39,927 nucleotides of DNA from a virus (Duplodnaviria > Caudoviricetes): positions 1 through 39,927 of IMG/VR virus record IMGVR_UViG_3300016263_000565; one strand, 5' to 3'. The notes beneath the pieces were generated by a model. The model saw nothing but the letters and a program-made list of their open reading frames with translations. It did no database searches and was not told the DNA's origin. Positions within the stretch are counted from its first letter, which is position 1. Each line of letters opens with the position of its first letter. The translations under genes were made by a program, and so were the position numbers. Shown here piece after piece: positions 1 to 6,440 of this stretch.

Positions 1-17
1 GTCTTGCGGTCAGCCAT
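1..17 (-). CDS. 5' part of a hypothetical phage protein spanning the window junction (MADRKT...), continuing at 39927-39648
   Basis: ATG at 17 preceded by AAGGAGG; ATG GCT GAC CGC AAG AC joins in frame to A CCG AAG TTT at the reverse complement of the window end. Confidence 0.8.
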
Positions 18-261
18 TACGCACCTCCTTGTTGAATCGTGCGAGGAACCTGCTGTTCGTCGCATCATCAATGCCCATTACCGCCTGAGCCGTATGCTTT
101 GGCAGTCCCGCAGGATTGCCCTCGTCAATGATGACCGAGAGCCATCCGCTTGACTGCGCTAGTGCATAGTTCTCCTTACTCTTGAGCCACTCACGACACT
201 CACGCTTGTACTTGACCAAGCGGAAGTACGCTAGATGCGCTCGTCTCCATGCGTCATACAT
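10..261 (-). CDS. hypothetical early protein, 83 aa
   Basis: TGATG coupling to the upstream gene, GAGGT SD-like motif, tight operon packing. Confidence 0.65.
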   Translation of the reverse strand: MYDAWRRAHLAYFRLVKYKRECREWLKSKENYALAQSSGWLSVIIDEGNPAGLPKHTAQAVMGIDDATNSRFLARFNKEVRNG

Positions 262-602
262 CAGACTACCTCGTCCACTAGTTTCTCCCCATCAATCAGA
301 GCGGTGAGGATTCGCTCGTCCCTTTCTGGGTCATCGTGATACTCCACCTCGTGTTCGTATGAATCCAATACCACTTGCGCAAGCAACTCCCACATCTGGT
401 CGTCCTCCTGCACGTAGCCAGATAGATCCTTTAGGTCTACCCTATCGTCCCACGTTTCACTCCCGTGTCTTGTGGCTACCTGCCACGTGTCTTCGGGAGA
501 GTACGCGAAGACGATGCAGCCTAACTCTCGCATACGCTTGATGCATTGGTCAAGTTCCTTCATCTGTTCTTCCGATAACTTGTGCGTATCAGGTACATTC
601 AT
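261..602 (-). CDS. acidic hypothetical early protein (MNVPDTHKL...)
   Basis: Start moved to ATG at 602 (GGAGG upstream, ATGA overlap with the 599-703 stop); D/E-rich C-terminal half. Confidence 0.7.
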   Translation of the reverse strand: MNVPDTHKLSEEQMKELDQCIKRMRELGCIVFAYSPEDTWQVATRHGSETWDDRVDLKDLSGYVQEDDQMWELLAQVVLDSYEHEVEYHDDPERDERILTALIDGEKLVDEVV

Positions 603-703
603 CCGAAGTATCCTCCAGTCAGTCGTGCCACGAAGATAAACGTATGCACAAAGAAGTACGTGGCTACTCCAATGAACACCCAACGCAAGACTAGATCAGA
701 CAT
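599..703 (-). CDS. small single-TM membrane protein (MSDLVLRWVFIGVATYFFVHTFIFVARLTGGYFG)
   Basis: GGAGGACGCGT-ATG start; hydrophobic stretch; fills the operon gap exactly. Confidence 0.6.
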   Translation of the reverse strand: MSDLVLRWVFIGVATYFFVHTFIFVARLTGGYFG

Positions 704-983
704 ACGCGTCCTCCATCTCTGCCAATCGGCTTGCGCAACGGACTTCGTTGCACGAGTATGCATAGCAGTTGAGGGTGCTAGGCTTCCCCTTCCATCGTGC
801 GACAACGAGAAAGTCTTGGTCGTTATGCACGACCTTGAGGTCTACGCCCTCGCCTTCCTCGTTCCACCCACAATGTTCCGTGAGTGCCCCGACCGCTTCG
901 GTTGCACTCGTGAAGATCTCTTCCCACTCTGGCATACACGCAGGGAAACTAATCTCTGCGTGGTAATGCTCTGACGATAACAT
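696..983 (-). CDS. hypothetical early protein, 95 aa
   Basis: GGAGG upstream of ATG; operon packing. Confidence 0.65.
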   Translation of the reverse strand: MLSSEHYHAEISFPACMPEWEEIFTSATEAVGALTEHCGWNEEGEGVDLKVVHNDQDFLVVARWKGKPSTLNCYAYSCNEVRCASRLAEMEDAYV

Positions 984-984
984 C

Positions 985-1188
985 CTACCCTCCGTTGAGT
1001 TCTACGAGGGCGAGATACTCTGCCCTGCGCTTCTCCCTCGCCCATTGGAGCAACGCCTTAGGTGTGTACGATAGCCTCTTCGCGTTATAGTAATCCCTCC
1101 TGTGGTCGTAGCATAGGAGCCTACCCCCCGCTCGGCGGAGGGCAGGCTCCCAGCATACTACCGCTGGTAGGTTGCGTGCTTCGCACAT
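985..1188 (-). CDS. small putative Zn-binding protein (MCEARNLPAVVCWEPA...LCYDH...)
   Basis: C..C..CxxH pattern like its neighbours; weak SD; overlaps the upstream gene by 31 nt and contains a strong hairpin, so the start is uncertain. Confidence 0.45.
   Translation of the reverse strand: MCEARNLPAVVCWEPALRRAGGRLLCYDHRRDYYNAKRLSYTPKALLQWAREKRRAEYLALVELNGG
1116..1150 (-). other. 15-bp RNA hairpin (terminator or processing-site candidate)
   Basis: Minus strand GGAGCCUGCCCUCCG-ccgag-CGGGGGGUAGGCUCC; two G-U pairs form only on the minus (transcribed) strand; 7 nt after the 1158 stop. Confidence 0.5.
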
Positions 1189-1283
1189 ACGACCGCACGC
1201 TTCCGCTTGGTCTTGAGCGTGATCCAGACATACCCAAAGTTCTCGCAGCCGCCTGCTGCACACGGACGGATTCGGTTGCTCAT
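1158..1283 (-). CDS. 41-aa Cys/His mini-protein MSNRIRPCAAGGCENFGYVWITLKTKRKRAVVCAKHATYQR (not in the ORF track)
   Basis: AGGAGGT SD upstream of ATG; C-x4-C...CxxH motif. Confidence 0.65.
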   Translation of the reverse strand: MSNRIRPCAAGGCENFGYVWITLKTKRKRAVVCAKHATYQR

Positions 1284-1293
1284 ACGATACCTC

Positions 1294-1491
1294 CTACTTG
1301 CCTACATACGCGAGATGCTTGCGATAGTGGTCTTCGTGCCAATCGCACCACCACGCCCACATCCGCTTGACCTTGCCGCCATCGGCAACACGAACGAACA
1401 CGAGCGTTGCACGCTTGCCGCACGGCACGCTATGCACTCCCCTCCGAATGGGGAACCCGCATTCGCTCGTAGGAATCGTACTCCCGTACAT
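1294..1491 (-). CDS. 65-aa putative Zn-binding protein (MYGSTIPTSECG...PCGKRAT...WCDWH)
   Basis: GGAGGGGTT-ATG start; C..C..CxxH pattern. Confidence 0.65.
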   Translation of the reverse strand: MYGSTIPTSECGFPIRRGVHSVPCGKRATLVFVRVADGGKVKRMWAWWCDWHEDHYRKHLAYVGK

Positions 1492-1499
1492 AACCCCTC

Positions 1500-1736
1500 C
1501 TACGCTTGACCTTCCCGCAAGGGGCGGGAACCCACGGAGCCACACCCATCATCCTCTACGCACGCGTAGGTGATGAGCAGATGCCCTTCCGCACGATAGA
1601 ACGGAACACCCTGCCAATGCGCCTTCACGCCACAGCGAGGGCAGTCCACGCTTGGGAAAGGCTTCTCGCCCTTCCGCGTAGTGATCGCTATCGGCTCTGC
1701 CGATGGCTCCGCTACGCCTTCCACTTGATCGCCCAT
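1500..1736 (-). CDS. 78-aa zinc-ribbon-like protein (CPRC...ACVEDDGC)
   Basis: GGAGGT SD; CxxC plus a distal Cys pair. Confidence 0.65.
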   Translation of the reverse strand: MGDQVEGVAEPSAEPIAITTRKGEKPFPSVDCPRCGVKAHWQGVPFYRAEGHLLITYACVEDDGCGSVGSRPLREGQA

Positions 1737-1753
1737 ACGCGACCTCCACTACT

Positions 1754-1875
1754 GGTACGCCAACGCTAGTGCGTTGGGGCGCACCCCTCTGCCCCCACGT
1801 AGGGGCAGGAGGGTACGCCCAACCCCGAAGGGTTGAGCGTAGTCCTGCGTACCGCGTACGCTCGTATGCCTACGC
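1754..1875 (-). ncRNA. candidate structured intergenic RNA element of overlapping, mutually exclusive hairpins
   Basis: Stems at 1760-1777, 1777-1820 (20 positions: 3 G-U, 1 mismatch), 1814-1841 (12 bp, cUUCGg tetraloop on minus) and 1847-1861. Confidence 0.45.
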
Positions 1876-2226
1876 GAAGTACTTGGCGGTCAGACCCGCG
1901 ATGAGGTCAAGCCGCTTCGCCGTCGCGTACTCGCTCACGCTCACGCCTGCGGGAATCTTCCAGCCGCGCTCGTGCGTGCGCCCGTTGCGCTCCACGCGGA
2001 CGGAGTACTTGTCGTACGCGCCCCCACGGATGCCTGCCTGCACGAGCGTGAACGTGAACTTCGCTCCGCCACGCTCAAGCGTGCCTGTGCCTGCGGGCGC
2101 GGTCTTGCCCTTCCGCTTGCCCTTCGGCTTGTCGGGCGCGGGCGCAGCCGTCTGCGCCTGTGCCTTCGCGATCGCCTCTGCGACCGCAGCCGCGATCACC
2201 TGTGCCAGTTTCTCCTGCTCGCTCAC
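1870..2226 (-). CDS. first early-arm gene, 118-aa Ala/Lys-rich hypothetical protein (MSEQEKLAQVIAAAVAEAI...)
   Basis: GAGGAGGT SD before GTG at 2226; the longer ORF-track start runs through a structured leader. Confidence 0.7.
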   Translation of the reverse strand: MSEQEKLAQVIAAAVAEAIAKAQAQTAAPAPDKPKGKRKGKTAPAGTGTLERGGAKFTFTLVQAGIRGGAYDKYSVRVERNGRTHERGWKIPAGVSVSEYATAKRLDLIAGLTAKYFA

Positions 2227-2265
2227 GCGAACCTCCTCGTGCCTACGCACGCTTGCGGCGCGGGC

Positions 2266-2328
2266 GCACAGCGCACAGCGCGCTGTGCGGAGCGCCCTGC
2301 ACACCCCGTGCAGGGCATACCGCTCCGC
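2266..2328 (-). promoter_or_regulatory. structured 5' leader with a perfect 16-bp palindrome (2273-2288)
   Basis: GCACAGCGCGCTGTGC palindrome; hairpin 2287-2328 (GCGGAGCG/CGCTCCGC enclosing GCCCTGCAC/GTGCAGGGC). Confidence 0.5.
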
Positions 2329-2335
2329 TACAAAG

Positions 2336-2364
2336 AGACTGAAGGGAAATCTGGAATCCGTCAA
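2336..2364 (-). promoter_or_regulatory. candidate sigma70-type early promoter TTGACG-N17-CAGTCT
   Basis: Near-consensus -35, 17-nt spacer, -10 keeps the conserved A2 and T6; predicted start site falls at the base of the leader hairpin. Confidence 0.4.
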
Positions 2365-2377
2365 CATCGGGACTCAA

Positions 2378-2580
2378 GGCGGGCGGGTGCCTGCGCACAT
2401 ACGCGTGAGGGGTTCACCGCGTGCGCGGGCGGGCGGGCAGGCGCGGGCGTGCGCACGAGGGCAGGGGTGTTAGCCAATCCTCGGGCGTGCCTACGCGTGC
2501 GCACATCTGCGCATGCGCAGGCGCGAGATTTCCACGGGGGGTCGGGCGTGAGCGTTTGTGCTGGCGGCGGGCGGGTGGTA
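2378..2580. repeat. GC-rich purine/pyrimidine-alternating and G-run tract (candidate packaging or terminus region)
   Basis: Repeated GCGCAC, ACGCGT and GTGCCT units; G3-N1-G3-N1-G3-N7-G3 at 2427-2447; G6 run at 2536-2541. Confidence 0.4.
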
Positions 2581-2616
2581 CACCTGATCTCAATTCCGCA
2601 CTGAACACCCCCTCTG

Positions 2617-2853
2617 ATAAGGCGGCGGGGGTCTGCGGCAGGGCAAATGACAGGGTTAACAGACTGTTCATAAGCCTTATCAATTGCAAGCCTTCCGTTT
2701 GACCGTGGAAGTAGCCTTAGAGGGGATTAATAAGACCCATGCATATAGTGTAAGACTTATTTATAAAAAAATTTCCCCGTTAGAAATGGTGTATAATGGA
2801 CCCTGTTAGGGATAAGAATAAGTCTAAATAAGAAATATCGGTCCCTATATAAG
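2617..2853. promoter_or_regulatory. AT-rich region with an ATAAG array and a TATAAT (2792-2797) upstream of the late arm
   Basis: ATAAG at 2617, 2670, 2730, 2812, 2818, 2828 and 2849; CTTAT at 2676 and 2756; no consensus -35. Confidence 0.45.
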
Positions 2854-2871
2854 TGGCGGGAGTACAAAAAT

Positions 2872-4167
2872 ATGGCTAGATTGGTACAGCGGAACGCTCT
2901 CAATTTGACGGAGGGGGGCGCCGCCACGCCTTCCTCCGTCAATGCCCAGCGTCCAATTCGCAGGACATCGGCAACACCAGCGACCCCAGCGGTTGAGCGG
3001 GCGACCCCAATCCGAAGAGCAGCGACCACGCCAAAGCCAACCGCCGCGCCGCCGATTCCGATTCCAGATCCCTCCACGACACCCGCAGCACCTAAGGCTC
3101 CGCGTTCGCCAAAAGTCGCATCTGTAAAGCCAATTGGGTTTAAGGGCGGGATCAACGCATTTGATGCAAGGGTAGGTAGATCAACGTCGTTCCTTGGACC
3201 ACTTGCTGCAGAGGCAAGGGGATGGGGTAAAGCAAATCCATTTGCCCCGCTACAAACTCCTGGGAAGCCATTGCTAAAGTCATTCCTACCCCCAAAGGGA
3301 ATTAGCAAGGGCGCAAGATTGGGACGAGCGACGACCATGGCACTGATCCTTGCCCCACTACTGCAAGGGACTGGCGATATAAACGTTAAGGATATTGAAG
3401 ATTGGTACAAGAGCAATGGATATCCAGACGATGTTGCCAAGGTTGCTGCGGAGGCATTTCTAAAGGGGTCAACTGCTGGAACTGGTGCGGTGTCTCTTGC
3501 GGACTATGCCGCTAAGGACGTTCAAATTGCTGGCGCATTTGCTGTCGGAGGAGCAGCAATCGGATCAGTAATACCTGGACCTGGAACCCTCGCTGGCGCT
3601 GGAATTGGCTGGGCTACTGGGTCTACCATCGCTGGAGTAAGCAATATGTTGCAGATGGGAGAACAGTTTCTAAACGTTGCGTTTGGAAATGATCCGCTGA
3701 GTACAAACTGGATTGATATCCCAACACTCCATGATATTGCTCCAGGGATCTCTGGTATTGTTGGTCAGGATAACTACTACGGGTCAGCACAGCAGATGGC
3801 TGGAGATACTGCGGCGGATCTTGCAATCAATGAGAAGTTCCCAAACAGGTTCAACAACTCAGCGTATGTATATCAGGAGTTGGAGAGGCTAGATACCAAT
3901 TACTATGGGAGGACAAACGCGCAGGATCCTAGGGCGCAGGAGATGTATGATCTCATCTCTCAGGGGTATTTCGTAAAGCAGACAGCAAACGGGCTTGGCA
4001 TTGATAACCAAGCCTACTACGACTACCTTTCAAAGACAATGATGTACCGAGACATGAACGACAAGAAGAAGTTCCTGCCCACAATTAATTCCGCTGGTAC
4101 GGCACTGGCTTCTCAAGGCAAGTTGACTGAGGATCAATGGTACAAACTCTTCGGGAACGCAGAATAG
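2872..4167 (+). CDS. putative internal virion/DNA-ejection protein with a Pro/Ala/basic N-terminus and a glycine-zipper segment
   Basis: 431-aa ORF; GGAAIGSVIPGPGTLAGAGIG resembles membrane-inserting Gly zippers in tape-measure and ejection proteins; function is inferred. Confidence 0.55.
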   Translation: MARLVQRNALNLTEGGAATPSSVNAQRPIRRTSATPATPAVERATPIRRAATTPKPTAAPPIPIPDPSTTPAAPKAPRSPKVASVKPIGFKGGINAFDARVGRSTSFLGPLAAEARGWGKANPFAPLQTPGKPLLKSFLPPKGISKGARLGRATTMALILAPLLQGTGDINVKDIEDWYKSNGYPDDVAKVAAEAFLKGSTAGTGAVSLADYAAKDVQIAGAFAVGGAAIGSVIPGPGTLAGAGIGWATGSTIAGVSNMLQMGEQFLNVAFGNDPLSTNWIDIPTLHDIAPGISGIVGQDNYYGSAQQMAGDTAADLAINEKFPNRFNNSAYVYQELERLDTNYYGRTNAQDPRAQEMYDLISQGYFVKQTANGLGIDNQAYYDYLSKTMMYRDMNDKKKFLPTINSAGTALASQGKLTEDQWYKLFGNAE

Positions 4168-4180
4168 GAGATGTGCTAAA

Positions 4181-4333
4181 ATGCCACTCTATAAGGGCGA
4201 GGAAAACATCGGGAAGAATCTACAGCGCCTGATCCAAGAGGGGTACAGCAAGAAGCAGGCGACCGCCATCGCCATTAAGGTAGCCAACCGAAAGGGCGGC
4301 AAGAAGAACAAGGGGAAGAAGAAGAATGGCTAA
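4181..4333 (+). CDS. small basic phage protein MPLYKGEENIGKNLQRLIQEGYSKKQATAIAIKVA... (50 aa, not in the ORF track)
   Basis: AGGAG upstream; resembles the common phage MPL.KG...NI..L..EG....QA.AIA family found near head genes; overlaps the next start. Confidence 0.75.
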   Translation: MPLYKGEENIGKNLQRLIQEGYSKKQATAIAIKVANRKGGKKNKGKKKNG

Positions 4334-6440
4334 GAAGGTTGCGCAGCGAACTGGTGCAGAGATCCAAGCATTGTGGGATCAAAACAAGGATGACGCGGCA
4401 TGGAGGGAGCGATTCAATAAGTTGCGTGCATCTGGAAAGTCCTATGCTCGCGCAGTTGAGGACGCAAGCCGAAAGTCAGAAGGGTTTGGACCATCTACGG
4501 TCACTCCTTCGGGAAAGCGCAGAACCCCAAAGCGAGTCAATCCGAAGGTAGAGATTACTGGCGGCGGCGAAGGCGGTCAAGGCAAGGTTAAGCGCAATGA
4601 TCTACAGGGCGCAACCAAGAAGGCAAAGACTCGCGACCAAGGAGAACTTCTTGTCAAGCGCGTATGGCGCGAAGCCACCGCACAGGCTGGTGATTCATGG
4701 AAGACGCTTACCTACGCTCAGAAGGCAAAGATTGTTCTTGATGCAATTCCTAAAGGACTTGACGGCGAGATGGCAATCGGTGTTGTCCGTGGCGTTACAA
4801 GCCGAACCACTGGTGGTCGCGGAGGAGACGAGGCTGCGAAGGTTATCTCTAGTTGGGCAAGTGGTCGTGGAGTGCGATCACCCAGCGCAGAAATTACTAC
4901 TACGAAGACGGCTGGTCGCAAGGGTCGCCAGTATCGCGCACGACGACAGAGCAAGGGTGCTGAAGGTGTCAGCGAGCCAGTAAGCAAGCGCGGTCGCGAC
5001 ATGATTGAGGGAGAGTCAAGGACCAGGGTTTCCGAAACGCTTGCGTCAGTTACAAAGCAACAGCAGGGGACTACGCAGGAAGCCAATTGGAAGGAAGGTG
5101 AAAGCGACCCTGGTGTACAGAAGCGCGTCAATGAACTTATGGCTGCGGACACCAGCAACAAGAGCCGAAAGAAGAAGTACAACCGAGCACTTTCGCAGGC
5201 TCTTCGCGAATCACGCCCAGACAGGGACACAACGCCAAGAAAAGGAATGCCTAAAAACGTAGTATTCAAAACCGACGTGTTCAATGTTCCAGTAGGAAGC
5301 AAGAAGTCAAAAGACGGTCTTGGAGATCCAATTACAATTATTATTACCGAAGATCAAAAGCGAACGTTTCCTACCGTTGGTGGTAAGCCGATTGTGTATA
5401 CGAATAAAGAAGTAGATCGTGCTGGACTCCTAACTGACAAAGTGTCTAAGTCTGGACTTCGTTGGGTTAAAGTTAGTTTCAAGCATCTGTTTAATCAAAT
5501 TGAGGGCGGTCTAGATCTTGGTGCTCCTTATGGCTTTAAGGAAAAGAAGCAAAAGAGAATTCCTTCTGCAAAAACAGAGTTCAAGCAAAAAATGGGAGTT
5601 CTTTCAAAGCAGGGAGAAACTGGAAACAGGAACTTTACAGAAGCCGCTCTAATGGACGCGTATATGGCTGCCTACGAAAAGTCCCAGAAAGAGCGCAACG
5701 CCGTCCGTGACAAACTTCGCGCTGAAGGAAAGGGTAAAGAGGCAATCAAGAAGGCTCTTGGCAAACTTGGAAGCCCAACTGTACGAGAAGTAGCCGAAGC
5801 AATGGGCTTTGAACCGTCTGACCGAGACCAGTTCGCTCTAGTCCGACGTGTTCGTTCGCGTATTCGCAGGGAGAAGTTGCGCACTAAGTACGCTGATAAG
5901 CCAGAGCCAGCGCCAACAAAGGGAAGGCGCACTGTTCTCCGAGATACTGGTGATGAGCAGCGCGCACGGTACATTGCGGCAGAGGATCGTAAGGAGCGGA
6001 AGCGCCAAACGCCTAAGGCTGAGCCTGCAAAGCGCGTCAAAATCATGTCTGATGAGGCTGCCACCCGCGTTGCGAAGGCAGTTGTGAAGGGAGAGAAGCC
6101 ATCAGAGGCTGATTTGCCGAGCGCACGTCAAATTCGCAAGGCTCAGCGTATCAATCGCGAGCGAGAAATGGCTGTTCCGAAGAAGAAGGTTGAGCGACCG
6201 TTCTCAATCCGAGATGCCGCGCTTGCTGATCTCAAGGATCCGAAAGAGCGCAAGGCGTTTAGGACGATTGAGCGTCTGCATGAGGCTGGATTCAAGAAGA
6301 CACAAATTACAAAGATGATCAAGGGCGATAAGCGAATGACTCCAGCCGTACGAAAGGTTGCAAAGGGTCTTGGAATGATCAACATCGCAACAATGGCGTT
6401 GAATTTCCTTGATACGCTAGATAACAAGAAGAAGAATTAA
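4326..6440 (+). CDS. 704-aa highly basic (K/R-rich) hypothetical protein, putative internal virion protein
   Basis: Long ORF, strongly basic, short hydrophobic C-terminal helix; TAATG coupling to the next gene. Confidence 0.7.
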   Translation: MAKKVAQRTGAEIQALWDQNKDDAAWRERFNKLRASGKSYARAVEDASRKSEGFGPSTVTPSGKRRTPKRVNPKVEITGGGEGGQGKVKRNDLQGATKKAKTRDQGELLVKRVWREATAQAGDSWKTLTYAQKAKIVLDAIPKGLDGEMAIGVVRGVTSRTTGGRGGDEAAKVISSWASGRGVRSPSAEITTTKTAGRKGRQYRARRQSKGAEGVSEPVSKRGRDMIEGESRTRVSETLASVTKQQQGTTQEANWKEGESDPGVQKRVNELMAADTSNKSRKKKYNRALSQALRESRPDRDTTPRKGMPKNVVFKTDVFNVPVGSKKSKDGLGDPITIIITEDQKRTFPTVGGKPIVYTNKEVDRAGLLTDKVSKSGLRWVKVSFKHLFNQIEGGLDLGAPYGFKEKKQKRIPSAKTEFKQKMGVLSKQGETGNRNFTEAALMDAYMAAYEKSQKERNAVRDKLRAEGKGKEAIKKALGKLGSPTVREVAEAMGFEPSDRDQFALVRRVRSRIRREKLRTKYADKPEPAPTKGRRTVLRDTGDEQRARYIAAEDRKERKRQTPKAEPAKRVKIMSDEAATRVAKAVVKGEKPSEADLPSARQIRKAQRINREREMAVPKKKVERPFSIRDAALADLKDPKERKAFRTIERLHEAGFKKTQITKMIKGDKRMTPAVRKVAKGLGMINIATMALNFLDTLDNKKKN

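Noticed and set aside
1754-1875. Possible tRNA or CRISPR repeat
   Set aside because: No cloverleaf, T-loop or CCA, and no repeat-spacer periodicity
1703-2604. Long plus-strand ORFs 1703-2473 and 1972-2604
   Set aside because: Antisense shadows in very GC-rich DNA with no SD; the minus-strand gene has a strong SD and fits the operon
2757-3440. 227-aa minus-strand ORF and similar antisense ORFs within late genes (e.g. 4718-5302, 9291-9872, 19877-20482)
   Set aside because: They mirror the codon structure of the real plus-strand genes and have no independent signals
4171-4179. ATG-TGC-TAA mini-ORF right after AGGAG
   Set aside because: Zero SD spacing; the SD better serves the ATG at 4181
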